From assembly GCA_963747575.1 (NCBI GenBank), contig CAVVFU010000003.1, forward strand, positions 269,557 to 333,556: a stretch of DNA of 64,000 nt, in the 5' to 3' direction. A model generated the notes under the pieces. The model saw nothing but the letters and a program-made list of their open reading frames with translations, ran no database searches and was not told where the DNA came from. This document shows, piece by piece, positions 52,217 to 62,229 of this stretch (positions within the stretch are counted from its first letter, which is position 1; each line of letters opens with the position of its first letter). This stretch comes from an uncultured Gemmataceae bacterium. GTDB lineage: Bacteria > Planctomycetota > Planctomycetia > Gemmatales > Gemmataceae. Both the position numbers and the translations under genes were made by a program.

Positions 52217-53863
52217 GTGCGGAAAGCTTTTTTGGGTTACCTCACCTGCATGGATCACCCCATGCCCGTCCAACCCACACCTGAACGACAACCCGCATCC
52301 AGGCGGTCGGTGCGTCGCGTTGCCGTCGTCCTCCTGGCCCTGTTCGCCGTGAGCTTAGCCCTCGCGTGGTGGTTGACGCCTGTACGACCTTACGCGACCT
52401 TGAAACTCGATGACACCTGTGGTCTGTTCCTTTTCTCTCCTGATGGCACCATGCTCGTTACCTCGGGTAGTGGAGTGGGTGCCGGCCGATCCGCTGGGCC
52501 GCTTCGGGTTTGGGACGTCGCGACTGGACGCGAGCGCTTTGTCCTGGCCATTGGCTGGAAAGCCATTGAAACGGTGGCCTTTTCCCCTGACAGCGCGTTG
52601 GTCGCTGCCCACGAAAAGGAAGCCGAACTCACCCTGTGGAATTTGAATACCGGCGAAGAAGCGGCAAGTCTTCGGCCTCCAACGAAAGTTGGCCTTTGGT
52701 CCGCGCCCTGGGTGGCTTTCCGATTTTCCCCCGATGGACGTTTTGTCGTTTTTCCGAACTACAGAGATTGGCCGAAAAAGGAATACGTCACGTTTTGGAA
52801 CATCGAAACCTGGCAAGAACAGTTTACGGTCGAGGGCTCCTTCGACACGCTGGCTTTCGCACCTGATGGAAATACGTTTGGGTCATTCCACCGAAAGGAC
52901 ATTCGCAGGGACACCGAAGTCCTCCTTTGGAAAATCGGCAAGGATGCTGTAGTGTTAAAACAGCTTCGAACTCCAGCCACCATCGTTGCATTTTCGCCGG
53001 ACTTGCGGACGTTTGCCGCCGCCGCCGATCTGCCGGATGGCAATGGCGAGGTTGTCCTGTTCGACATCATGACAGGCGAAAGGCGTTGGTCAGTGACGTT
53101 TAAGGCATTTGTTGGCGAGCGATTGCAGCGGCTTTCATTTAGTGCCAACGGCAAAACTCTTGGGGCGTATGGCGCCAGCCCCACGCAGAGTTTGCAAACG
53201 ACGTTGTGGGATGTAACCTCGACCCCAAAGGAGATTGCGTCGTTCTCCGATTACGCGCACTTCTTACCTAACGCCAAGTGGGTGATAATCCCGATGTCAG
53301 CAGGCGCTAAACTCATCCACCTTTCAGCGCCGGAACGTGGCATCGACCTCGTCGTCAATGGCGATTTTGGACGGTTTGGACCCTGGGCCATGGACACGGA
53401 GGGCCAAGAGTCTCAGTCCTCGTTTTCTCGGGACAGCAAGATGTTCATTGCAAAGGGAATTAGTCAACTTGGACAGGAACCGTTTCTGGCGAAATGGCTG
53501 CCTGACAAATTCAACCCCTTTCCAGACAGTCCAGGCGGTCCAATCGTCCGCGTGTGGCAAACCGCCGATGGCCGGCAACTGCGGGCTTTTCCCCAATGCA
53601 CCGACGCCGAGTTTTCGCCCGACGGCAAAGTCCTGGCAACGCTCCGGGACGGCAAAGCAATTGACCTTTGGAAGCTTCCGTTCCGCGTGTCGCCTGGGCG
53701 GGTAGTTGGCTGGTCAGTAGTTATCTGGTTGATCGCCGTGCCGATTTGCTGGGTAGCCTTCACAGCAATCAGAATGGTGGTATCACCCAGCGGCTGGCTT
53801 TTTCGCTTTATGAAACCCAAGGGTGAAAGAAGGAAATCGACCAAGGGCGCGTCGGGCAAGTAG
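52217..53863 (+). CDS. membrane-anchored WD40/beta-propeller protein (N- and C-terminal TM helices)
   Basis: VAVVLLALFAVSLALAWWL helix, seven or more WD-like blades (FSPDG.. repeats), C-terminal WSVVIWLIAVPICWVAF helix. Confidence 0.7.
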   Translation: MRKAFLGYLTCMDHPMPVQPTPERQPASRRSVRRVAVVLLALFAVSLALAWWLTPVRPYATLKLDDTCGLFLFSPDGTMLVTSGSGVGAGRSAGPLRVWDVATGRERFVLAIGWKAIETVAFSPDSALVAAHEKEAELTLWNLNTGEEAASLRPPTKVGLWSAPWVAFRFSPDGRFVVFPNYRDWPKKEYVTFWNIETWQEQFTVEGSFDTLAFAPDGNTFGSFHRKDIRRDTEVLLWKIGKDAVVLKQLRTPATIVAFSPDLRTFAAAADLPDGNGEVVLFDIMTGERRWSVTFKAFVGERLQRLSFSANGKTLGAYGASPTQSLQTTLWDVTSTPKEIASFSDYAHFLPNAKWVIIPMSAGAKLIHLSAPERGIDLVVNGDFGRFGPWAMDTEGQESQSSFSRDSKMFIAKGISQLGQEPFLAKWLPDKFNPFPDSPGGPIVRVWQTADGRQLRAFPQCTDAEFSPDGKVLATLRDGKAIDLWKLPFRVSPGRVVGWSVVIWLIAVPICWVAFTAIRMVVSPSGWLFRFMKPKGERRKSTKGASGK

Positions 53864-53871
53864 TTCCAAGT

Positions 53872-54306
53872 TCAGATCGTTGAACCCCGTCCTTCCTCCA
53901 CGACAGTTTCTGCCGCTTCCCATAGCGCAGGGGACACATCTGCCGGGCAATGCTCGGTGACCTGCTTCAAACACTCGTCTGCGGATTGCCCCAAGACCAA
54001 GGCCATTGCAGCGGCAGCGATGACTGGCGAACGGCTCAGTCCCGCCCCACAGCAGACAAGAGTAGGCATGTCCATTTTCAGCAAGTTTCCTACGGTCGTA
54101 ATCGCCAGCTGAAGCAGCTTCCTGTCGTTGCCTGGCCCGTCTACCAACGGAAAGCGGCAAAAAACCAAGTCACGAGGCACATCCTTGACTGGCTCCTCGG
54201 CGGCAAGGTGGACCACGGCTTGAATGCCAGCGTCGAATATGCGGCGAAAGTTTCGGCCATCACCAGCATGACCCAACCAAAGTAGATGGTGCGGAATCGG
54301 TCGCAT
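53872..54306 (-). CDS. dual-specificity/tyrosine protein phosphatase
   Basis: CX5R P-loop VCCGAGLSRSP and upstream Asp (FPLVDG). Confidence 0.65.
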   Translation of the reverse strand: MRPIPHHLLWLGHAGDGRNFRRIFDAGIQAVVHLAAEEPVKDVPRDLVFCRFPLVDGPGNDRKLLQLAITTVGNLLKMDMPTLVCCGAGLSRSPVIAAAAMALVLGQSADECLKQVTEHCPADVSPALWEAAETVVEEGRGSTI

Positions 54307-54367
54307 GACGATACTCCGGCCCAATGGGTAACTGGAAGGGGCATTGCAGGGTCAACTTCGTCTCACC

Positions 54368-54586
54368 CTACTTGATCGCAACACTTACAAGGCCCGCCTC
54401 GATACTCGGTTTTGGGATGGTCTCTCCTCGTGCACTCAAGCCTTCGATGTGGTACGCGACGGCCTCACGGATAACTCGCTCGAGCTGCTTGCGCGTCTTT
54501 GCTGTCGCGATACAACCGGGAAGGTCTGGTACGTAGGCCGACCAGTTGCGCTTGCCCGATTCGTAGATTACGGTGTACTGCTTCAT
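54368..54586 (-). CDS. hicB: HicB-family antitoxin
   Basis: MKQYTVIYESGKRNWSAYVPDLPGCIATAKTRKQLERVIREAV typical HicB/UPF0150. Confidence 0.75.
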   Translation of the reverse strand: MKQYTVIYESGKRNWSAYVPDLPGCIATAKTRKQLERVIREAVAYHIEGLSARGETIPKPSIEAGLVSVAIK

Positions 54587-54777
54587 TTTTCGTCCTCCAA
54601 ATCTGCCTGGCGCAGAACGCTCTTCAAGGTCTTGGGATGAATATCGTCATTTTGATGACCCGAGACCGTTACTGTGCCAGGTTTGCTCGGGTGGAACAGC
54701 TGGCGATGGCTCCCGCGTGTTCGGTCCAAAACCCATCCATCCTCTTCCAGCATCTTCGGCAATGCTCTGACTTTCAA
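54583..54777 (-). CDS. hicA: HicA-family toxin (probable TTG start)
   Basis: KVRALPKMLEEDGWVLDRTRGSHRQLFHPSKPGTVTVSGHQNDDIHPKTLKSVLRQA with GSHRQxFHP..G.VTV..H signature; 4-nt overlap with hicB; in-frame alternative ATG at 54750. Confidence 0.7.
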   Translation of the reverse strand: MKVRALPKMLEEDGWVLDRTRGSHRQLFHPSKPGTVTVSGHQNDDIHPKTLKSVLRQADLEDEK

Positions 54778-54962
54778 GCCCCAGCCTCCAGTCCTTACGT
54801 ATTCGCCTTCGATTTCGCGGCGCCGGCAGTCCCCTGCGCCGCATCCGCCTTCTTCGCCAGCCGTACTGCTTCCTTCTTTGCCCGTTTCAAACGTGCGGTC
54901 CGCCGCGCTCCTGGTCGATTGGCTCCCATGATATCCTCCTCTTGCAAAAAATAAAAAAGTGA

Positions 54963-56208
54963 TCAAAACCGCAACTGTAATCGTCCCAACCTTGCCGCCG
55001 TCTCCGTCATCAGCCGATCTTCCTCCGCCTCGTCCTTGGCCAGATACGTCGCCGAGAAGCGCAAATACGCCCCGGCGTTGTCCCAGGGCACGCAGATGAC
55101 CGACTGCTCCTGAATCAGGAACTGCGAGGCCTCTTCGGCGTTGGCGAATGCCTTGTCGCCGCAGCCCTTCGGCGACGCGCACATACAGGAAATAGGTGCC
55201 GCCCGGCATCTTCGCCTGGAAGCCGACTTTGTTCAGCGCCGCGACCAGTTTCCGCAAGCGGCGGCGATACTTCTCCCGGATGCGGTCCGCCAACTCCGGA
55301 TGCTCCAGGGCGGCTCGGGCGGCCTGCTGGATCGCCATGAACTGGCCGGAATCGCTGTTGTCCTTGACGTCGGCAAAGGCCTGCACGATCTTCGGATGGC
55401 CGCACACGAACGCCATGCGCCAGCCGATCATGTTGAAGCCCTTCGACATCGAGTGAATCTCGACGCCGACTTCCCTGGCCCCGTCGACTTGCAGGAAACT
55501 CAGCGGCGGGCCGTCGTAAGCTGAGCAGGACGTGGGCCGCGTCCTGCACGACCACGATCCGGTTGGTCAGGGCGAAGTCGATGACGCGCTTATAGAAATC
55601 GCGCGTGGCCACCGCCCCGGTCGGGCTGTTGGGGTAGTTGATGACCAGCAGCTTGGCCCGCTTTCTGATGTCGGCAGGGATGCCGTGCAAGGTCGGGATA
55701 GAAGCCGTTTTCCTCGAGCAACGGCAAGTTGTGGACCTCGCCGCCGTAATACCTGGTGTGGGTGCCGGCGACCGGGTAGCCGGGCACGGTCATCAGCGTG
55801 ACGTCGCCGGGATTGATGAAGCAGGCCGGCAGCATGGCCAGGGCCGGCTTGGAGCCGATGGCGTGGTTGATCTCGGTGGCCGGGTCGAGCGTGACGCCGA
55901 AGACCTTCTTCATGAAGGCGGCGGCGGCGTCCTTGAAGCGCTGGATGCCGTTGTCGGCGTAGCCGCGGTTTTCGAGCTGGTCGACCTCGCGTTTGACCTC
56001 TTCGCGCACCAGCGGGATCGGCCATGTCGTCGTTTTCGCCGATGCCGAAGTCGAGCAGCTGGCGCTCGGGATGGGCGGCCAGCACGGCCCGCTTGGCCCG
56101 CTTGATCTTCTCGAACTTGTAGATTTCGGTGCCCTTGCCGTAGTTGACGCCGCCGATGCGCTCGGCGAAAAGGGTTTGGAACCAGGGGTCAGCTGTGGTG
56201 GTGCTCAT
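54963..56208 (-). CDS. class I/II aminotransferase (LL-diaminopimelate aminotransferase-like), fragmented over about five frames
   Basis: N-terminus ADPWFQTLFAERIGGVNYGKGTEIYKFEKIKRAKRAVLAAHPERQLLDFGIGENDD; conserved middle and C-terminal blocks (KLLVINYPNSPTG, RVAEGL..) in ORFs 55590..56009, 55115..55690, 54583..55449, 54963..55184. Confidence 0.7.
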
Positions 56209-56433
56209 GGTCGGCAGCCGGGAACCAGGTGTCTGAGGTTGTGAAAAAACGCGGACATGTATCAACTATACCGATTCGACAGGCCAGCTAACAGAGGGCG
56301 CCGGCGCCGAAGAGTCCGGCTGGGCGACACAATAATCCGCATAAATGACGCGCATGCCCTACCCCTGGCGGCGCGGCGCGGGTAAAATGGAGCGGAAAGG
56401 GTGCGCGCTTTTCGGCCGTGAAAGGCTCCAAAA

Positions 56434-56510
56434 AAAGGGGACAGGCCCCGTTGTGCGAAGCACCCTTCGGGCCGTTCCGGCAACGGGGCCTGTCCCCTTT
56501 TTTTGGAGCC
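56434..56510. repeat. structured palindromic element (arms GGCTCCAAAAAAAGGGGACAGGCCCCGTTG, core TGCGAAGCACCCTTCGGGCCGTTCCGG)
   Basis: See 51158..51245; lies in the divergent intergenic region between the aminotransferase and an ECF sigma gene and overlaps the sigma gene's leader. Confidence 0.6.
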
Positions 56511-56544
56511 TTTAAGTGAACTCGCAGGAGACGGGGAAACCAAC

Positions 56545-57174
56545 GTGCCGCTGACCAATGTGGATCGTGAACTGCTCAAGCGCTGCCTTGGCCACCAGCC
56601 GGGTTCGTGGAATGAATTTGTCGACCGCTTTCTGGGGTTGATTTACCATGTCATTAACCACGCTGGGCATCTGCGCAGCGTCACCTTGCGGGCCGAAGAG
56701 GTCGAGGATCTGGCGTCCGAGGTGTTGCTGCAGATCGTCGCCAACGATTACGCCGTGCTCCGCCAGTTTCGCAAGGAGAGCAGCCTGGCCACCTATCTGA
56801 CGGTGATCGCGCGGCGCATCAGCGTGCAAGCCCTGGCCAAGCGCCAGGCCAACCGGGAAGTGCAGCTGCAAGCCGACGGCAAACACCACGACCACGAGCC
56901 TGAAGAGCCGTCGCGCGGCGTTGGTCTGGAAACGCTGGAGGAAGTCGCCAAGCTGCTCAAGAAACTGCCCTCGCGCGAACGGCGCGTGGTGCGCCTGGCC
57001 TACCTGGAAGGCCGCAGCTACGAAGAAATCAGCACGCTGCTGGGCATTCCCGTCAACACGATTGGCCCCATCCTGAGCCGCGCCAAAAAGAAGTTGCGCG
57101 AGGGAGTCAAGAGCACTACCCCGCGGGCGTCGGGGCCGGCACGGCGCCCTGCACAACCCAAGCCGCCGGAGTAG
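56545..57174 (+). CDS. ECF-type RNA polymerase sigma factor (GTG start proposed)
   Basis: DRELLKRCLGHQPGSWNEFVDRF (region 2 start), YLTVIARRISV, region 4 LPSRERRVVRLAYLEGRSYEEISTLLGIPVNTIGPILSRAKKKLRE; the ORF-track start at 56503 is inside the palindromic element. Confidence 0.7.
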   Translation: MPLTNVDRELLKRCLGHQPGSWNEFVDRFLGLIYHVINHAGHLRSVTLRAEEVEDLASEVLLQIVANDYAVLRQFRKESSLATYLTVIARRISVQALAKRQANREVQLQADGKHHDHEPEEPSRGVGLETLEEVAKLLKKLPSRERRVVRLAYLEGRSYEEISTLLGIPVNTIGPILSRAKKKLREGVKSTTPRASGPARRPAQPKPPE

Positions 57175-57187
57175 AATGCCGGCATTC

Positions 57188-57253
57188 GTAGGTCAGCCTT
57201 TCCAGGCTGACATGTCTCTGGCAGTTTAAGTCAGGCTGGAAAGCCTGACCTAC
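57188..57253. repeat. pair of GTCAG(C/G)C-loop-G(G/C)CTGAC hairpins in inverted arrangement (GTAGGTCAGCCTTTCCAGGCTGAC ... GTCAGGCTGGAAAGCCTGACCTAC)
   Basis: Same hairpin motif as 10653..10679 (GCAGGTCAGGCTGGAAGCCTGACCTGC) and inner units of 33484..33591. Confidence 0.5.
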
Positions 57254-57271
57254 ATTCCTAAAAAAGCCCTC

Positions 57272-58102
57272 ATGGATCATTTCGCAGATCGTCTTGCGGC
57301 TGCTGTCCGCCAGAAAGGGACCGCCCTGTGCGTGGGACTGGATCCCCGTTGGGACCAGCTTCCCAATGAACTGACAAAGCGCCACGTTGGCTCACCGCTC
57401 CAATCCGCGGCAGCGGCCTTTCAAGAACTGTGCTTCCGCGTGCTGGACATTGTGGCTCCGCTGGTCGCGGTGATCAAACCCCAGAGCGCCTTTTTCGAAG
57501 CCTGCGGACCGGCGGGTATGGCGGCCTTGCAACGCGTTCTGAGCCGGGCTCGCGAACTTGGCCTCGTCACCATTCTCGACAGCAAACGCAACGACATCGC
57601 CTCGACCGCTCAGGCCTACGCCGACGCGGCCTTTGGCGGCGTCAGCATTGGCAACCAGCTTCACACGGTTTGGGACGCGGATGCGATGACAGTCAACGCC
57701 TACCTGGGGCGCGACGCCGTCGAGCCATTCTTGAACGCCGCTCGCCGCGATGGCCGGGGAGTTTTCGTGCTGGTGCGGACCAGCAATCCCGGCGCGGGCC
57801 AATTCCAGGATTTGGTGTGCGACGGCAAGCCGCTCTTTCACCACGTCGCCGCGGCGGTCGGCCAGTGGACACACGAAAACCTGGGGCAATGCGGCCTGGG
57901 CGACGTGGGAGCGGTGGTCGGCGCTACCCATCCCGCGGAATTGGCCACTGTCCGGGGCTTGATACCCGAGGCATGGCTGCTGATGCCCGGCCTGGGCGCC
58001 CAAGGCGGCACGCCCAAGGACGTGGCGGCAGGATTTCGGCCGGACGGTCTTGGCGCGATCGTCAACAGCGCGCGGCATCACTGCCTGCTTTTCGCCGGGT
58101 GA
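57272..58102 (+). CDS. pyrF: orotidine 5'-phosphate decarboxylase (type 2, long form)
   Basis: LCVGLDP, VIKPQSAFFE, ILDSKRNDIASTA, DAMTVNAYLGRDAVEP consistent with the ODCase type 2 family. Confidence 0.8.
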   Translation: MDHFADRLAAAVRQKGTALCVGLDPRWDQLPNELTKRHVGSPLQSAAAAFQELCFRVLDIVAPLVAVIKPQSAFFEACGPAGMAALQRVLSRARELGLVTILDSKRNDIASTAQAYADAAFGGVSIGNQLHTVWDADAMTVNAYLGRDAVEPFLNAARRDGRGVFVLVRTSNPGAGQFQDLVCDGKPLFHHVAAAVGQWTHENLGQCGLGDVGAVVGATHPAELATVRGLIPEAWLLMPGLGAQGGTPKDVAAGFRPDGLGAIVNSARHHCLLFAG

Positions 58103-58686
58103 GCCGCGCTGGGAAGCAGCCGTTGAGGCCATGACCCGCTCGACCATTGCCGCTCTTAGGGATTTGTCAAAGTAGGGGGTTTCGTGAATCCTTGGGGGTG
58201 TTGTGGAACTGATTGGCGGACCGCATCCAAATCGGGGGGCAAGACACGAGACAGCGATAGCAAGCGGCCCAAACGCAAGCTAAGCTTGTATGGAGTTTCA
58301 ACAGGCCGCTAACTGAGGGGAAGGTGGCAGCATGAGTCGCTCCGACCACAGCCGACTATTGGATCATGGCCGCAAGGCGGGGCTCAATACCCGCGAAATC
58401 TACCGGGCATTGGCCACGCAACCGCCCGAAGCCAACGACAACAGCAATCGCATCGCCGACGGCAATGGGTTTGTCTCCGATTACACTGCGGGCGGTCGAC
58501 GGGTCTATCGGCCGTTCAGTGAAACCAGGCCAGTTTGACCTGATTCCACCCACGCACGCCGTTCAAGAGAAGGCTCTGCTGGCATGTTCGCCACGCAGGG
58601 CCTGTTTTTTTGGTCGGTGCCACTTCGAAGCGGGTCCGTGCATCTATAATGACCACATGCACAGTCACTTTCCGGAGGCCCACGCC

Positions 58687-59445
58687 ATGCCAATCCACGA
58701 CTGGACCCGTGTTGACGCCGGCATTTTTCACGACTTTCACCACGAGTGGATCTCGACGATCAAACACGCCGTTAATCTCCGTCTCAAGGGCACGGACTAT
58801 TACGCGCTGGCCGAGCAAATCGCCGGCGGCGTCGTGCCAGACGTGTTGACGCTGCAACATCCACTGGGCGGCAAAAAGCGGAAAAAATCGTCAGGACGTT
58901 CTAAACAGGGTGGTGTAGCCCTAGCTGATTCGCCGCCGCAGGCCCGCTTTCGGATCACCAATATCCCCCATTGGTACGCCACCAAGAAAAAAGCGGTGAC
59001 GATTCGCCATGTGAGCGAACACCGCGTCGTGGCCGTCCTTGAAATCCTCTCGCCCGGCAACAAGACTAGCCGCAGCGCCATGACCACCTTTGTGAGCAAG
59101 GCCCAGGATTTGTTGACGGCTGGCGTTCACCTGGCCCTGGTGGACTTGTTCCCGCCCACCTCGCGAGATCCGGCAGGAATTCACCCGCAGGTCTGGGGCG
59201 AGGACGAGGGCGAGGGCGACGACATCTTTCAATTCGACCCGGCCAAACCGCTGACTTGCGCGTCCTACATCGGCGGAGCGGCGGCGGCGGCGTTTGTCGA
59301 GCCGGTTGCGGTGGGGGAGGTGCTGCCCACCGTGGCGTTGTTCCTGACGCCGGAGGAATACGTCCCCGTGCCGCTGGAAGCCACCTACCTCGCCGCTTTC
59401 GAAGCCGTGCCGGATTTCTGGCGCGAGGTGTTGAAGCGCTGCTAA
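58687..59445 (+). CDS. DUF4058 family protein (paralog of 39383..40069)
   Basis: MPIHDWTRVDAGIFHDFHHEWI..VLEILSPGNKTS parallels MPSPFPGMNPFLEQDDTWSDFHGNFI..VIEVLSPPNKTP. Confidence 0.65.
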   Translation: MPIHDWTRVDAGIFHDFHHEWISTIKHAVNLRLKGTDYYALAEQIAGGVVPDVLTLQHPLGGKKRKKSSGRSKQGGVALADSPPQARFRITNIPHWYATKKKAVTIRHVSEHRVVAVLEILSPGNKTSRSAMTTFVSKAQDLLTAGVHLALVDLFPPTSRDPAGIHPQVWGEDEGEGDDIFQFDPAKPLTCASYIGGAAAAAFVEPVAVGEVLPTVALFLTPEEYVPVPLEATYLAAFEAVPDFWREVLKRC

Positions 59446-59480
59446 AATAACGGATTTTTCCTGGCCTCAGAGAACCTTCA

Positions 59481-60770
59481 ATGCCTACCGGCCCACAGGA
59501 CGAACAACAGACCGCCGCCTACCATCGCGCAGGCAAATTCGTGGCACCCTCGCCGGCGGAGTTGACAGCCCGCCTGCCCAACCTCGAGGCAACCGAGATT
59601 CTCGGCCACGGCGGCATGGGCGTCGTCTACAAGGGCCGGCAACCGTTTCTTAATCGTCCAGTCGCCATCAAGCTCATCCGCCCGGATTTCGACGACGAGG
59701 ATGCCCAGCGTCGCTTCATCCAGGAGGCTCGCGCTCTGGCCAAACTGACTCATCCCTACATCGTCACCGTTTTTGAGGGTGGCAAGGTCGACGGATTGTA
59801 TTACTTGGTGATGGAATACGTTGCTGGAAACACCCTGCGTAGCCTGATTGCCCAAAAGGCCGTCTCCGAGCGCGATGTGCTCGACTTCCTGCCTCAAATC
59901 GGCCAGGCCCTTCAGCATGCCCACGAAAGCGGCATTGTCCACCGCGACGTCAAGCCGGAGAACATTCTCGTTGACGACCGCAAACATGTGCGCCTGGTCG
60001 ATTTTGGCCTGGCAAAGTGGCTCGACCCAACCAAGCAAGCAGGTCTTGACGAAAGCCGAGTGGCCGGGACCTGGCGCTACATGGCTCCCGAGCAGCGTGC
60101 AATGCCCCAAAGCGTGGACCACCGCGCCGACATCTTCTCCACCGGGGTCGTGTGTTACGAGATGCTGACAGGCGAAACTCCGCGCGAAGTGCCGCAGCCG
60201 CCGTCGGCAAAGGCGCCGGCTGGCCTTCCGTTTGATCCCATCGTGATGCGCGCCCTCGAGCCCGATCGGGAACTCAGGTATCAACTGATGCGCGACATGA
60301 ACGCCGATGTGGCCGCTTTGACGCGGACGCCCGATTCCACGATTCGCCTCAACAGGACCATCCCCGCGCCGATCGAGAAGGTCTTCGCTGCCTGGACCGA
60401 CCCCGCGGTCATGGTCCGTTGGTTTGCGCCTACCGACGATTACACGACACCGGTCGCCGAGGTCGATCTCCGCGTGGGCGGCAGCTACCGCGTCGGGATG
60501 AAACATAAGGACCGCCCCGATGTCAGGCTCCACAGCGGCCAGTATTGCCGTATCGAGGCGCCGTTGTTGCTCAGCTTCACCTGGATTCAGGAGTCGCATG
60601 ATCCCGGGGCCCCTCTGACGCAGGTCACACTAGAGTTTCGACCCAACGAGCAGGCCACTGACCTGACGCTGATTCACGAACGCTTTCGAGATGAGCAGGG
60701 TCGCAAGGGCCATAACGATGGCTGGACGGGGTGTTTGAATAGATTGGCAAGCAAGCTTGGCGCCCACTGA
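59481..60770 (+). CDS. serine/threonine protein kinase fused to a C-terminal SRPBCC/AHSA1-like domain
   Basis: Kinase motifs GHGGMGVVYKG, VAIK, HRDVKPENIL, DFG, APE; C-terminal ~140 aa (IEKVFAAWTDPAVMVRWFAP..GGSYRVGM..GWTGCLNRL) match the Aha1/SRPBCC ligand-binding fold. Confidence 0.75.
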   Translation: MPTGPQDEQQTAAYHRAGKFVAPSPAELTARLPNLEATEILGHGGMGVVYKGRQPFLNRPVAIKLIRPDFDDEDAQRRFIQEARALAKLTHPYIVTVFEGGKVDGLYYLVMEYVAGNTLRSLIAQKAVSERDVLDFLPQIGQALQHAHESGIVHRDVKPENILVDDRKHVRLVDFGLAKWLDPTKQAGLDESRVAGTWRYMAPEQRAMPQSVDHRADIFSTGVVCYEMLTGETPREVPQPPSAKAPAGLPFDPIVMRALEPDRELRYQLMRDMNADVAALTRTPDSTIRLNRTIPAPIEKVFAAWTDPAVMVRWFAPTDDYTTPVAEVDLRVGGSYRVGMKHKDRPDVRLHSGQYCRIEAPLLLSFTWIQESHDPGAPLTQVTLEFRPNEQATDLTLIHERFRDEQGRKGHNDGWTGCLNRLASKLGAH

Positions 60771-62033
60771 ATGGAATTCGAGATGTCGGTCCCCTTACGT
60801 AATTTGCCCTTGATACAAAACTGGTCTTGCCATGGCTGCGGCGATTGCTGCCGGATCGAGGCGGCGATCAGCGACGAAGAGAAACAGCGCATCGAAGCGC
60901 TGGATCTGGCCAACGATCCTGAGGTTGGTGCCAAGCCGTGGTTCACGTCTGGTGGGTGGGGCTCCAGGAAATGGACGCTGGCCCATCGGCCTGACGGGAG
61001 TTGCGTCTTTCTGACAACCGGCAACCGCTGCCGTCTTCAAGAGCGCTTCGGCGCCCACGTCAAACCGTTCGCCTGCCGTTTGTTTCCTTTTGTGCTCATA
61101 CCGGCAGGCGACCATTGGCGCGTTGGCATGCGTTTCTCTTGCCCTTCGGTCGCGGCGAATCGGGGTCAGCCGATGGTTGACTCCGCGAAAGACGTGGCGA
61201 AGCTGTCGCGTTTGCTGGAGCAACACGTGGGCAGGTCGGCCGACAGTGCGCCGACTCCCTTGTTGGATACCGGTCGGGAGCTTTCGTGGCCGGATGTGTG
61301 CCGTTTAGTGCAGGTGCTGGTGGAGATTGTGCAAGACCGCGGCGATCGTCTGGAACGGCGGCTGCGCAAATGCCTGGCCCTGGCGCGCATTTGCGGCGAG
61401 ACGCGGGTGGAAGGCCTCAGTGGCGAGCAGTTGACTGAGTGTTTGCAGTTGCTGCGCGTCGGCGTGGACATGGAAGTGCCTCGCGAAGCCGCGGACTTGC
61501 CGCCGCCCTCGCGGCTTGGCAGGGTCCTGTTCCGCACCCTGCTGGCCATTTTTGCCCGCAGGGATCGCGGCATGCATCGGGCTTCAGGCATTTGGAGGCG
61601 GTTGGGCAGAGTGCGCGCCGGCTGGCGCTTCGTCAGGGGCCGTGGCTGCGTGCCTCGCGTCAACGAGTTTCTGGCGGCAACCAGCTTTGCCGAGGTTGAA
61701 CGATGCAGCCCGATGCTGCCGGAAATCGATGAGACTTTGGAGCGTTATTATGTGGTCAAACTGAATTCGCTGCAGTTTTTCGGCCCGCCCAATTTCGATT
61801 TGCCGTTCTGGGCCGGCCTTGACTCGCTCATTCTCACAATGCCGATGATTTTGTGGTTGAGGCGAGCGATTGCCGGCCTGTCTGGGGTCCAAGCAGTGCA
61901 ACAGGCGATTGAGCTTGTTGACGATCATTTCGCGGGCAACCCGTTGTTGGGCATGCCGCACATTCATTTCTTGCAGCGCACTCTTGCCCAGCGGGGTGAG
62001 TTGGAAAAACTCGTGGCCTGGTATGGCCGCTGA
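60771..62033 (+). CDS. YkgJ/UPF0153-type cysteine-cluster (CxxCxxCC) protein with long C-terminal extension
   Basis: SCHGCGDCCR motif plus downstream Cys (GNRCRLQ..FACRLFPF) typical of PF03692; ATG directly follows kinase stop TGA (60768..60770). Confidence 0.6.
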   Translation: MEFEMSVPLRNLPLIQNWSCHGCGDCCRIEAAISDEEKQRIEALDLANDPEVGAKPWFTSGGWGSRKWTLAHRPDGSCVFLTTGNRCRLQERFGAHVKPFACRLFPFVLIPAGDHWRVGMRFSCPSVAANRGQPMVDSAKDVAKLSRLLEQHVGRSADSAPTPLLDTGRELSWPDVCRLVQVLVEIVQDRGDRLERRLRKCLALARICGETRVEGLSGEQLTECLQLLRVGVDMEVPREAADLPPPSRLGRVLFRTLLAIFARRDRGMHRASGIWRRLGRVRAGWRFVRGRGCVPRVNEFLAATSFAEVERCSPMLPEIDETLERYYVVKLNSLQFFGPPNFDLPFWAGLDSLILTMPMILWLRRAIAGLSGVQAVQQAIELVDDHFAGNPLLGMPHIHFLQRTLAQRGELEKLVAWYGR

Positions 62034-62140
62034 AGGCGCGTTTTTGCATCGGTTGCGTTTATGACCTATGCTAGCGGTCAGCTAGCGGAAGACTTGACGA
62101 ATGACACCTCGGTTGCTCCGAGTGGTCCGTTGAAGAGTAA

Positions 62141-62188
62141 GCCGGCGTGGTCGACACTGCATGTGTCAGTCCACGCCGGCTTTTTTTT
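62141..62188 (+). terminator. Rho-independent terminator (10-bp GC stem GCCGGCGTGG/CCACGCCGGC, inner GACAC/GTGTC stem, then T8)
   Basis: gccggcgtggtcgacactgcatgtgtcagtccacgccggctttttttt about 110 nt after the YkgJ-like stop. Confidence 0.6.
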
Positions 62189-62229
62189 GCTTCTGGCGGG
62201 GGAAAAATAAGGGCCCAACTAACTCTGGC

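Noticed and set aside
58332-58538. 68-aa ORF upstream of the second DUF4058 gene
   Set aside because: No recognisable features, and a longer ORF in the same frame as DUF4058 covers the region; insufficient support to call a gene.
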